Source: Tubiluchus corallicola
Taxonomy: Eukaryota > Animalia > Priapulida
Reading direction: 5' to 3'
Length of the DNA: 64,000 nucleotides
Assembly (NCBI GenBank): GCA_030141605.1
Contig: JAQGDQ010000688.1
Coordinates: 48,283-112,282 of the forward strand
Below the pieces are notes generated by a model that worked only from the letters and a program-made list of their open reading frames with translations, was not told the origin of the DNA and did not search any database. Position numbers and translations under genes: made by a program. This document shows, one piece after another, positions 1-13,300 of this stretch; positions within the stretch are counted from its first letter, which is position 1; every line of letters starts with the position of its first letter.

Positions 1-239
1 ATACGTTAAAACCTTAATTTATGGCTGGCAAGCCCTATAAAACATCATATAGCTGATGTTTGCAAAACGTTCGTGTATTATAGGCCTTTATTACTATAAC
101 GCTTAATTTTGAGTCAATACCGTACATATATATATGTATTATATTTATATTTTTATTAACCTTATCTATTTAATCTGTATTGCTATTTTATTGACTAATC
201 CTTGTACATAATTGTGATATTGAACCTGAATACGAATAA

Positions 240-530
<291 letters not shown>

Positions 531-597
531 GTCTGCCTAAAATTCAAACAATATCTAATTTAATGGCTACCATGTTTAAGTGTAAACTTATCATGAT

Positions 598-903
598 GGT
601 GCCGTGATAAGCATGATCATGAACTGTAGTGTTAGTTTCTAACATCATATGATGTAAAGCCCATTTTTCATGATGTCACGCATTTAAGCAGTACTGTAAC
701 ACTTACGAAAATGTGCTTGACGCGCAAGGGAAGACGCCTGCCATTGCACAAACTGTGGTTAGTTTCAGACGTAAACAATAGTTGCCGTTAATTAACTTTT
801 CAAATATAAGGAACAATTGTTAACTTTTATAGGCAAGAAAATGTATATTTTGGACAGTAAATTAAAATGAGATTGGGTCTAAACAATCGTCCGGTCTTTC
901 TTT
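598..903 (-). mobile_element. Partial Kolobok-like MITE, family A
   Basis: Matches ~37070-37390 including the end AAACAATCGTCCGGTCTT. Confidence 0.8.
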
Positions 904-1125
904 ATGGATGAATATGATAATTGCAAAAAACAACAGGTTTAGTGTAACTTTAACACTAGAATCAGAGTTTTTGTCAGAAGTAAAAGATGGATTAGAACTT
1001 TTCTCTTGTGAAGTTCCCTCTGGTATGTTCCCTTGAGGTTTGGTTGTAGGTTATTCCTGTTGCAATGCTTGAGGAAGCTTATTGAGCTAAATCCGATTTC
1101 GTCGAAATGAACCAATTGTAGCAAT

Positions 1126-1174
1126 CTCTTTCTCTTCCTCTCTCTCCCTTTCTGTCTCTCTCTTTCTCTCCCTT

Positions 1175-1208
<34 letters not shown>

Positions 1209-1263
1209 CCTTTCTCTCTCTCTCTCGCTCTCTCTCTTTCTCTCTCTCTGTCTTTCTCTCTCT
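1126..1263 (+). repeat. (CT)n microsatellite
   Basis: Read directly. Confidence 0.95.
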
Positions 1264-1739
1264 AAACAATCGTCCAGTCTTCCTTGAAGCACCATAAATA
1301 GCTAAAGTAATAAAACAGATAATATTTTAAATCAGTTATTAATTGTGAATACATGACTTTTACCTATTGACAACACTATTTATCAATGATTTCATTTACG
1401 TGTATACGAAAAAAACATATTTTATTCAATATATTAGTGTCCGAGTTAAGTCGAGTTCGAGTTAGACTAGGGTAAAAGTTATTTCTTTTTTTTCTGTAAC
1501 TTCTCTGCCTGCAGCTTTTTTACCTGGATCCATGTTTACATTGAGTGGAAGTATTTTAAAGAGAGAATTTTACTTGCCAGCCATTTTACATTAAGTTGCT
1601 GCATCTGATGTGCATTAATGGGTTTATCTGGTTTTAACAGCACTGAAAATCTATCTATTAGAGTTGCTGCTAACGGCGCGTGTTTTTGCTAAACAAACAG
1701 GCTAACCTCTTCCTGAACCCTCCCGTTTCTGGAGTGATG

Positions 1740-2062
1740 ATGTCTCGCCGTGCATGCCCGGAAATGCGCGTTTTTGTGGTTTTTGAGCTCAGTTCCGCTT
1801 GTGTGGGCGTGCACACTAGCTAGTAGCGTGTAGAACGGAGGTCTGTGCTGGAGTTTTTGTGAATGGTGTGTACTGTATGTGAGTGAATGCATTTATAACG
1901 TCTTGTATTGTGTTACTTCCCTATTGCCTCTCCGGTTGGGATTTAAAGTTGAAGATAATCGTATTAGCAAGTGGTTCGAGCTACCACTGTATGTCACACA
2001 AACAGCGAGCATGATACAGAAATACTGCATTCTACAGTTTGTGCATAGTAATGAGGGTAAGT
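1740..2062 (+). promoter_or_regulatory. Candidate epsin promoter / non-coding first exon
   Basis: Local CpG/GC rise, ETS-like CCGGAAAT at 1758-1765, donor-like gtgagt (1879) and gtaagt (2057). Coding exon 1 has an acceptor at 6721, so an upstream exon is expected. Confidence 0.4.
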
Positions 2063-4110
2063 AAGTGAGTTAGTAAAAAAAATTATTTGTCTCTGAATGT
2101 TACAAAATAAACATAAACAAAAGCTAAAAACTAAAATAAAGACGGAAACGAGACGGGGTGGCGAAAAGACCAAGGATCACCAAGTCAACCACCCCTATCC
2201 AAACAGAAGAAAATTAAGTGACCTGTCAAGTAAGATGTGTACAAATGAAAATAATCACCAACTTAACAAAATAAAAAAATAAATGAGGCAACAAGTTCAA
2301 ATGAGTTTAAATTTAGAAACAGTAAATAAATTTGGGAATGAGAAGAGACAAAATTTAAATTAGCAAACAAAATGGAAAGTTTAAACTCATCAAAAACAAA
2401 ACGAATAATTACATATAAATCAAGAACTCAACCCAACATAAGAAGCGAAAAAATGAAGCAATGTCAAGTCATAAGTAAGTCATCACCAGGTCCAAGTACC
2501 TCTATCCAAATTTAAAGGAAATTATATAACCTGAAACCTATAAAGGAAAATTATAATAATCAACATATAAAAAATAAAAAGAAAAAATAAAGATGAATAA
2601 CTAGGGAGATATTAGTATAATGAACGTCTATAAGAGGCGATATAAGACGGGTGATAATCTCTACCAGAAAGCGAATTCGAATCGAATTTATGACTTTGGA
2701 ATTCGAATCGAACCGAACTTCAACGTTTTCCAATCCGAATCGAATTCTAACTGAGTTTCAAAGATTTTCCAACCTCTAATAAAAAGCGGACTCGCAAAGA
2801 TCATGCACATTACTTGATTTTGATCTGTAGTAAAACACGAATAAATTGTTTAAAATTTGTGCACAAGTATGGCGGCGAAATTGGGCTGATTGCTGATATT
2901 TCGAACGTTTTAATGTCCAAGAACGTACATAGTTGCAGTGCTGAATTGTCTGAGTCTATAATTTTAGGTTCAAATTAAATTGGAAATAAAAAAACTCGAT
3001 TCGAACGTTCCCTAAACTTAGAATTAATAACCCAACCATGGATAGCGTTATTAATTGGATTCTTAGGAGCCATTATTTAATCAAATCAAATCATTTATTT
3101 TTCATCCCAATAACAATACAAAGAAAAATAGGTATAAATAAAAAAAAGTCAAACAAATGGGAAGGGGTGGCGAAGAACATTAGTTATCGAATCAGCCACC
3201 CCAAACCGAGTATTAAATTAGTATTATGCAGTGTTGTAATTACATATTAATTGTATATAAACTGAAGTATACCCCCACACACACACATATATATATATAA
3301 ACCGTAAATATATATACTATAGTAATATTAAAAAAGAAAAAAGTTATTTCATTAAATTATGTATTTCAATTGCCTGTGTTTTTCTATACATAAAACTTTC
3401 TAATTTTTAACTAATTTAAAGCCAACGTAATGTTTTTGTTCTACTACGGGCAGTTATTACTTAGTCATATAGCAAAAAAGTCACAGAAAAAAACAAATAA
3501 CTCCATCCCTAACCTCAACCCTGTCAAAACTAATTGTGAATTTTTTCCTAGCCAAAATTGTGACTTCTTTCCGGAGTTTTTTTTTCGGTGAGTTTATTAC
3601 CGGTCACCGTGCAAACTTTTCTAACGTGTAATCGCTATAATTTACACTCTGTGGAGTTTCCATAATTCATCTGCTGACTTTTGCTTTTGGCCGACTGTAT
3701 TATTTGTATAGATCTAGAAAACATTGAACCCTCCACAGTTGGCAGGTGATAATCAATCATTTATTATTGGTTTTGCTCGTGCAGAAATTCACTGTTTGTG
3801 TCGTAGTCTGAATTCTTACTTTTAGCATTACAGGTTAAACAAATCAAGTCCCTATCAGCATTTAAAACAAAATTAAAATCACTGATATTAACCAGATATG
3901 AAATACCATCACACCAGTACGACAACATACACACTAATTCAGAATTTATATATCCACGGCCATATTAAGTAAATCATAATTTTTTCATTTTTTGCGCATA
4001 GTTGTAAATATGTTTGATTTTATTCGTCGTTACTTTCCATTACTGCACAGTATTTTAGACTGCACTGACGCATTTGCGTTTAGCAGTGTTAAGTTTTTAT
4101 TAACTAACAC

Positions 4111-4186
4111 TCATCTCTGTGAAGTTTTTATCAGTGATTATCAATGTATTTTAACGGCAAATAAAGATTATTATGTATATATATAT
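4111..4186 (+). mobile_element. Retroposon 3' end; second copy at ~47086-47172
   Basis: TCATCTCTGT.AAGTTTTTATCAGTGATTATCAATGTATTTTAA.GGCAAATAAAGATTATTAT + (TA)n at both sites. Confidence 0.65.
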
Positions 4187-5997
4187 TTAGTGTCGTGACT
4201 TTCTTTCCTAGCCAAAATTGTGAGTTGTTCTCGGTCACTGTAAATTAATTGTAAAGTTTTTCCTTATCCTCGGTTAATTTCACTTTCTATAGACTGATTT
4301 TAATATTAGGTGTGACAGAAATATCTGGCATTTGGGCTTTTCCTGCTAACAGTTTTTACCTTGGACAACATTAACGTTTACAAGATTTCGTGCTCTTGTC
4401 TTTGCCTCGTGTTTTTGCCTTTGTACGTGTGTGACTTTCAATTTGCCAAAGCATTTCAGTAATTTATGACAGGATAATGCAGTGAGAAACTTTAATTCAT
4501 GGCTTTCCTCTCAGATCTGCTGGAGATAGATTTGAAATGAAGTAGAAGTAAACAGAAATAATCTGTTTACAATCTAAAATTGTACTGTTAAAAAATAATC
4601 CAGATTTAAAGGTCACAGTTAAAAAAGTTAAAGGAAAGACACACCTTTTTTCACAAGGAAAAAGAAGTAACCCTAAGCCCAGCCAAAATATAAATTGCAA
4701 CTTTTTTCCTTTATTGTTTTAGCTTTACTGTACAAATTTGATGTTATCCATAATTTTTATACATAATCATCGCTAATCTTTTGTCCTTTCATTTTACTCG
4801 TCTACTCATTATCTTTTAATTCTACAATTTTTACAAGCTGAATCTTACATTATTTTTTATTCATACAATAATTCATACGTACTAGTACTTTACAATATAT
4901 TAACATCAGCAGCTTTCTTCCATTTTTATTGTCTTCATTGATGACTAATTGTTTGTGATATTAGTCAATGATTTACACTACATTTAACTTTTAGCTTGCA
5001 CCTATATTATTGTTTGATTTGTACATTATCTTAGTCTGATGTAATCTGCAGTATTCTTAATTGCTTATGTGTATTAATTTTCGCCTGATTCTGCCTTGAT
5101 TCTGACTTTGACCATAATGAAAAATAACATGTGGAGTATGTTGGGGTAATGTCCGCCATCGGCTAATGTCGGATAGTCTGTTTCTATGCACTCTAAACAT
5201 GTCACGTGAGCTAGCTTAAACATGGACTATAAACATGTCATGTGACCTAGCCTAGCTTTTTACAGCATGCTGTAACCAATCAGCAGAGCCAGCATTGTTC
5301 AGCTAGCTGCGTTTCCCCTGTTCTAGTTGTCTCTCACCAGCATCAGCAACAAATTTCGAGAAGAGTTGGGTGATTTACTTATTTCACACTTGCCTTAGTG
5401 TTTTATAATGTTTTTAGTAACTACTATAATGAATAATCATCTATACTGAAGCTGTTAAAGTCTATTTCAAACAATGAATTAGATGGAAAAAATTCTTTTC
5501 TATTCGGTTCATTTCCCATGACTTTTTTCCTTTGACTTTAGTACTCCTCAGCGTTAAAGAATAGAATTGTATAAATTTATTCTCATCGGTAACAGTAATG
5601 TTGCTTTCTGAGATAATGTGATTTGTACGAAGAATGTTGAAATGTTTGTTTGACTGGCAGTGTTTGACTAGTTTTTACTCTAGTACTTGCTTTTGGCATG
5701 CTGAAGCCCCTGAGCCGTTGACACTATACAGATGTTTGCATTCGTGATCTGTTTCCTCTGAATCGGTTTCTATTTTTGCCTGAACCATGTGTCTTTTCGG
5801 TTCAATCTCATACGCAGTGTTTTTGATATTCAAACGTGTATAAAGTCTGATGTGGTGAGGATCCTACATCATGTTGTTCAGACTGGCTGATCCAATCCTA
5901 TAATAAATTATGTTTAAACTATACTAACTAAATTAATATTAATGTCGTACAAATAGGGGTGGCCGCTAGGTGACCTCATGGTCTTTCATCTCAATGT

Positions 5998-6491
5998 TGT
6001 TGGCATCCTTCTGTCTCGGAAGACAATGGAGTGTGCGCCAAGAGAGTCAGTTATTGATCACATTGCAGCGTCGATCCTGGGCAAGGTGTATGGAGATCCT
6101 GAGTTACCCAGACAGCAGGAACCCCCTCTCTTCCTCCCTGGCATAGCCCAAAGGAAAGCGGAGCGATACGCTTGGCACCAGGTTGGTTGCAGGAGCTGCC
6201 GGAGTCAGTGAGCATGCTGCACTGGTCCGCCTTTGGGGCTCCACTTCTGATTTGGAAGGTTTACTCCTCTACACATGGCCGTTGGATCACTTGACCTCCT
6301 CCGCCCTCTAGCCGTTGGCTGCTTGTGCAGCTCCGCCTAGTGTCGAGATACAGTGTGGGCATCCCGCAGGCCTACAGCACCTGGTATTCCTAGGCGGTCA
6401 CCCATCCAAGTACTAACAAGGCTCTATGTTGCTTAACTTCGGTGATCAGACGAGAACCGGTGTTTTCAATGTGATATGGCCGTAGTAGTAG
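5998..6491 (-). mobile_element. SINE3-like element: 5S head + RTE-like 5'UTR body + RTE-like 3' end, with TSD
   Basis: TCTCAATGT at 5989-5997 and 6492-6500; minus-strand 3' end TCCATTGTCTTCCGAGACAGAAGGATGCCAACAAC. RTE similarity is from recall. Confidence 0.75.
6368..6487 (-). pseudogene. 5S rRNA-derived sequence (near full length; head of a retroposon, probably not a functional gene)
   Basis: Minus strand CTACGGCCATATCACATTGAAAACACCGGTTCTCGTCTGATCACCGAAGTTAAGC...GTTAGTACTTGGATGGGTGACCGCCTAGGAATACCAGGTGCTGTAGGC; box C intact; single copy, no oligo-T terminator after it. Confidence 0.9.
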
Positions 6492-6843
6492 TCTCAATGT
6501 AGTGTTTATCATTTTAAAAAACCATTGTATATTATTATATATGTAACTATAAATGAGATGAATCAAATTTAATCTAATCTGGGCGAAAATACAGTAATTC
6601 AGCAGAAAGTGCGATAATTTATAGCCTCCAGTACGATAATCAGCATTCTGCAAAAATACCAACAGTGTAAGACACTGGAAGTTGAATATTGATGTGGCTA
6701 ATTTTTTATTTATTTTTGCAGATGAAAGTTTGACTTGGTAAAGAACACAAAGTTCTACGGCAGAGTGGTCATAAACGCAAAATAATTGTTCTTGTAACTT
6801 GTGGACGTGAAATACAAAGTAGTGTCGCCAGCAGATCGCAGTC

Positions 6844-7347
6844 ATGGCGGTGAATATGCCCCCGATTCGTCGTACGATGAAGAACGTGATGCACAACTAT
6901 ACCGACGCACAGGTCAAAGTTCGCGAGGCCACCTCGAACGATCCGTGGGGTCCCTCTAGTACGCTAATGTCCGAGGTGGCCGACTTGACCTACAACGTTG
7001 TGGCGTATTCGGAAATAATGCAGATGATATGGAAACGGCTAAACGATCACGGCAAGAACTGGCGTCACGTGTACAAGGCGCTGGTTCTCCTCGATTACTT
7101 GATAAAGACCGGGTCGGAAAAGGTGGCGCAACAGTGCAAGGAGAACATATTCGCCATACAGACCCTGAAGGACTTTCAGTACACAGAGAACAACAAGGAC
7201 CAGGGTGTGAATGTTCGCGAGAAGGCGAAACAGTTGGTGTCTTTACTCAAAGACGACGAGCGATTGAAGAACGAACGCGCTCGAGCACTGAAGGCAAAAG
7301 AACGATTTGCCCAGAACACATCGGGTATCGGCAGTGATTCCACCCAC
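6844..7347 (+). CDS. EPN: Epsin coding exon 1: ENTH domain
   Basis: MAVNMPPIRRTMKNVMHNYTDAQVKVREATSNDPWGPSSTLMSEV...NWRHVYKALVLLDYLIKTGSE; acceptor ttttgcag ends 6721; donor CAC|gtaggt. Confidence 0.97.
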
Positions 7348-10300
7348 GTAGGTATTCAGTAGAGTAGAACTTTGCTTTTTTATAAACAGGTTCACGGATG
7401 GTACATTTCTCTATAAACAAATGGCAACACTAAGGCTGTGGTTTCAAAACATAATTTATTGTGGCATTTTGCCAACAGCTTTTGGTATTTTCTAGCGAAT
7501 ACTCTGTTTAGTGTTTAATGGTAAAATGAATGAACTTAGAATTTGTAACATTACGGCTAACCTAGCAAGCAGCGAAATGTTGTCGGGTTGGTAGGGCCTC
7601 CGGAATTCACGGAAATGGGCAACTGAGGCAGAAATATCTATGCAAAACAGAATGGGCCCGATTTCCGACTTTCCTGCAAATTTAATGCGTACTAGAGGTG
7701 GAATTTTCTTCACTTGTTACTTTCCTGCAAAACAAAGTAGTTTTTTTCAGCCTTTTGGGACGTTATTAGAAGCCCTTGGCCGAGTTTTATTTTTTATGCA
7801 ACATGCGTTCCTACTTTCACTTTGTTTTTGCATTTGTGACGAGAAATACTGGAAATTATTTGTGCGAGCTTTTGTAGCAAATCGCATTACGTTTGTGGAA
7901 AGGTTTCCCCAGTTCTCACAAACATGATCTGACAATATTATGCGTGTGACAGCTAGCCAGGGAATTTCCCGATGATTTGTACGACATTTGTAGTATTCTG
8001 TAACTTTTGTGCGCGAATTAAATGTTGGCATTCTTATTTTATCTTAGCCAAATACAAGTACCCGATAGACAACATACTTAATTAATTTAAAAATTTATTT
8101 TTTTAATTAAGTGTATCCCACATCACATAATTTGATGATAAATATTAGTAACAGGGTCATGTAGCTTCTAATTTCTGCGAAGCCCTTTGATTTCGTCTGC
8201 AACATGTCAGAAACGTATCGTGTTGAATCAGCAGATTGTTCATTACAGGTTGATGTTTCATATACTATATCATTTTCAAGTACGGGTTTTTCAAGTATAC
8301 ATTTTAACACCAATAACACTGGCAAAGCATTTCTGGTAGTTAAATAAATCTGGATTAAAATCTTAATTAACGATGAGCGAGCCCAACTATTGATGACATT
8401 ACAAACGAACATAATTTTCAACAGGAAAAATTATTCATCGAGCGTGTTACATGTGTTTGCGAAAGTGAAAATTGAAGTACAGTGCTACTGTAAGATATTC
8501 AGTGTGTTGACCTAAAAATAGGCAAGTTCTAAGATAAAAATTCAAATTTCAAATTTACTGCTGTACTTATGATGCATAAGCCGTCGAACATATGTAGTGC
8601 GTCAGAAGCTAACACAACTGAACTGAAAGGTACAGCACCTGTTTTTGTGCAATACGTTCTCGAATGCAGGCGCTAGTGACCATCTAACTAGAAAATGGTG
8701 AAATGCATGTAACAGCAAAGAACTAGTGGCAAGAACATGAAATTGTATTTGTGTGGTGATAATTCTTTCAGGTAAGTCATTTTGGAAAAAATAGTATGTT
8801 TCTTTCAATATTTTAAAGAGCAGATTATTTTGACCTACAGTTTAAGATCGGGTCTGGTTTCGCTTTAATATTAAATAAATTTTAAATAAATTATCTTATA
8901 GTGTGAATACAGGATATAGGACTCAACTGAATAATAGCGTAACAGATACGGTACTCCAGTTAGCCCAAGAAAAAGCTTGAAGGAAAGGGATGATTTATCC
9001 TGTTCTACCCCAATTTGAAGTACAGTAAAAAGTATACGCTTTAACACTTACCTTAATGCCAAAGTGTTTTTGATAATTAAATAATAGGTTAAAAACTTAA
9101 TTAATGACAGGCGACCGCAGCTAGTGATGACATCACAACTGAACGTAATTTTCAACAGCACAAACATTTCATGAGCATGTTGCACATGTTTGCAAAACTG
9201 TAAATTGAAGTTCATTGTGCCACTGCACAACATCCTGTGTGATACACAAAAACTGTGCAAATTTTAATTTTAAAATTCAGATTTCTAGTTTACCATTGTG
9301 CATACAAGATCTTGAACGTGTGCACTACATCACAACTGAACAACTTTGAACTGAAGTGAGAGTACAGCACCTGTTTTTTGTACAATGTATTTCAGAGATG
9401 CAGGTCTTATTGCCCATCTAAATAGCAAATGATCAGATGCCCATCTAGTTAGCAAATGATGAGATGCGTGTAACAGAGAAAATTAAGCACGCGAATGCAA
9501 AATTCGGCTTCTGCAGTAATAATTTTTTTTCACGTAAGTCATTCTTGAAAAAATGGTAAAAAAAATTCTTGAATGTTCTATTTCTGTATTCTGTAGGATA
9601 GATTGTTTTGAGCTGTGATTTCAAATTGTGTCCGGTTTTCCTTTAATTTTTCATAATTCTGACTAATCCCTTTCAGTCGTCAGTGACTCTTTCAAGGAAA
9701 TTAAATGTTCTTTGCATCACTAAGTACTGACGAAATTTCCGCAATTTCAGTGAACTGTGAGTGCTATGTGTAAGGATTTTGGCGTGGTAAGCTAAATACG
9801 TAAACCAGCTGTGCACAGTACATGTATTCATGCATAGCTTTAGGTGTATTAAGGTGTCATATGAATTGTGTCTCATACCTGTATCCTGTATTCACACTAT
9901 AAGATAATTTATTTAAAATTTATTTAATATTAAAGCGAAACCGGACCCAATCTTAAACTGTAGTCAAAATAATCTGCTCTTTAAAATATTGAAAGAAACG
10001 TATTATTTATTCCAGAATGACTTACTTGAAAGAATTATCACCACACAAATACAATTTCACGTTCGTGCCACTAGTTCTTTGCTGTTACATGCATTTCACC
10101 ATTTTCTAGTTAGACGGTCACTAGCACCTGCATTTCGAGAACGTGTTGCACAAAAGCAGGTCCTGTACCGCTCAGTTCAGATGTGTTCGTTTCTGATGCA
10201 CTACACATGTTCGACGGCTTATGCATAAGTACAGCGGTAAATTTGAAATTTGAATTTTTATCTTAAAACTCGCCTATTTTTAGGACAACACACTGAATAT

Positions 10301-13300
10301 CTTACAGTAGCATTGTACTTCAATTTTCACTTTCACAAACACGTGCAACACGCTGATGGAATATTTTTCCTGTTGAAAATTATGTTCATTTGTGATGTCA
10401 TCAATAGTTTGACTCGCTCGCCGTTAATTAAGATTCTAATCCAGGGGTGTGCAAATTATCTGACTAGCCGGGCCACATTAAACTTTCCCGCAATTCCTGT
10501 GGGCCACAGGCAGTTTGATTAAGGAGCCAAGTACAGAAAGGCCTAATAACGATTTTTTTGCATCCGACCTGCGTACATCATTACTACTACACTCAAGAAA
10601 CTATTTTAGAAGTTATTAAAATTTATATTACAAACCATATATTTCTACTGCCGGGACAGATAGTGGTAATTTCATTACAATGCATATTAGTAATGTGTAT
10701 CACACAGTCTGTGTAGTACAGTGACATTAAGCTACAACCGTCTTGAAAGGGTTAATGGCACCGATCTTGTAGAAAAAACTACCCGCACGATCTTTGGGAT
10801 CGTGGCATGGACTTCAGCTGGATACACTCAATTAATCGCCTGGGCCACACTTTCATTAGGTTGACAAATCTCTTCGCGGGCCGCACAAATTCTCTCGGCG
10901 GGCCGCAATGTGCACACCCCTGTTCTAATCCATTATTTAACTACCAGAAATGCTTTTCCAGTATTATTGGTGTTAAAATGTATACTTGGAAATCCCGTAC
11001 TTGAAAATGAACTAGTATACGAAACATCAACCTGTCTTCCTATAATAAAGGAATCACCACAGGTCTACAGATTCCATTTCTTTCCACCCTTGAACTTGTG
11101 AGCTGATTTTCTGCTCTTCTCGGGGCTCTAGCTAATCCGGGGCTTAACACTGAATGGTCTCTTTAGTTGATTCTCTGCGAATCCAGCTCATAAATCCTCC
11201 TCTTCTATTAATCTGCCCGGACAGCAAACTAAATGTTATTCCATCTATAGAAGCTCCACGTATGCAGCTCTGATCAATATTATAGCCAAAGCTTCGTCCA
11301 CAACGATGGGAAATTTATAATTCTCTTTTGAACGGCGTTTCTCTCTGCATATGTAGCATGAGAGAGGATCTTGCCTCGAGAAGAGATGCCTTAGCATTAC
11401 GTAGCACTCTTTGGACAATTATATGGCGAAATTTGTTAGAGGTCAGCTTGCTACACGAAGCCATTAATTGGGACCTCCCGGTGGAGCTACCGCTGATGGT
11501 TTGCTGATTAGGAGCAGTTATTGAGACTGAAGCCATGTAAGTTCCTCCCCGGGAGATTACTTTCTTCTTCTTCGTGATCGCACTTTATTGCATTGTGTTC
11601 ATCTGCTAGTTTAGTTTCTGCATGTTGCCATGGTTACGTACTTTGTTACAAAAAAGTGACAAGGCCCTTTCGAAACGAGTGATACATTTTTTAGACAGAA
11701 ACGTGGTGCCGTGTTCAAATAAATCGAATAGACCACATTCAGAGCTTGAGTTCTTCTAGTCAAAAGATATCTGCTTTAGAGAAATTTTTTACTTGTCTAT
11801 ATGAGTACATTGAATAGGCTGCTCACATCAGACCATTTTATTATAAGTTATTCCTAGTGGTAATTGTTATGTTAAAACGATAATCAAGTTTTACACTGGG
11901 TTTCATTATAAAACTTTGCACAGAAATTTCAGTATTATCCGGGTTTAACTATTCGTAGTTTAACAATATGCAGAATTTGGAAACTGAAATGAATAATAAG
12001 AGTGGACTTATTCTTTGAGAGCATTTTTAACACTTTCTTTTTGTTGTTGTCAAACTAGAGAGTTCGTTTAGTGGCTGCTGGCTAACTTAATTTGATTGGG
12101 CGCGTATTCTTTAGTCGGAAGTTATTCGTAATGTGAAAGCACAGTCTGGGCTGAGTCTACCCAGTTTTGTTCTTAAACAGATCAGACGTTTTTTTAACGT
12201 CAGAAACACAACAGATTTGAGACAGATACAATGATTTAGCAAAATTCGAGGGCAGTGCAATAAACATTTCGTTGAATTTTGTGCAATGTTTGGTCTCTTG
12301 CCTTGTCATAGCTTTCCTTGAATTTGTGTCCATCTTGAAACACTTAAATGTCCCGCTGGCATGGCTGTACTACAATATGTACTTTCACTTAAAAACACCA
12401 TTGCCCGAGGTAATGATCAGTAATCACCCTAAGTACAGGTTTGACACACCCTGCAGCTTATATCTGTGCAATATTTAAGAAATCTAGTCTCACTTTCACT
12501 TAATAATGGGTGATAGTTTTCTGGGTTATTGGGTTGCTGATGTCCCATGGCTGACATAATTTCGGTTATCTGTTCCTTTCTAATAAATAATGTAAGCTAA
12601 GTCGCGGCTAAAATGTGATGATTTTACAATAGGCGTGATCCGTTAAAGATTTTAATTGTATCTTGTAACGTACTACTCATACTAAACTAAAGTAGATTTT
12701 AGTTTAGAGTAGAGTAGAGTAGTATGAGTTTTAGTAAACTAAAATAAACTAATCAACTTTTTAACTTTTTATTATTATTTTTATTATTTTAAACCCACAT
12801 CACAAGTTCACAATTTGGTAACTTTATACAGTGTTCCCTCGCCACTTCGCGGCTCGTTTATCGCGGACTCGCTGTTTCGCGGATTTTCATTTTAAAGGAA
12901 TATTTTAAATCATGAAAAATTACCATTTACGGTAAATAGTGTATTTATTCGGCAGATGAATACACACCAAAAACGAAACGTAGTACTTGCGCCTGCTTAA
13001 GATGCTACTTGCCGACGTGAGATTGTACACAACACACGATTGGTTGATTGACGGAAAGCGACCAACCAGCGAATGCTGCTCTGTATCCCAGTCGCTGATT
13101 GGCTCAGGTACCGTGAATTTGTTTTCTTGTACGGTGTTTATGAAATTTTCGTTAGAGACTGAACTTATTCAAGCCCTACGATGCCACCCAAATGTGTAAG
13201 TATTAAATAAGTATAGCGTCCCTACTTCGCGGAAATTCACTTATTGCGGGTGGGCCTGGAACGGAACACCCGCGATAAGTGAGGGAACACTGTATATGGC

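Noticed and set aside
5978-6211. 77-aa ORF and antisense 6390-6896 ORF as genes
   Set aside because: They overlap the SINE body, the 5S head or the epsin antisense strand; no recognisable domain.
6368-6487. Functional 5S rRNA gene
   Set aside because: Solitary, altered 5' end, no T-run terminator, and enclosed with a body in one TSD.
11035-11640. GC-richer segment as an exon or LINE 5' region
   Set aside because: No frame-compatible splice sites or recognisable motif; left unclassified.
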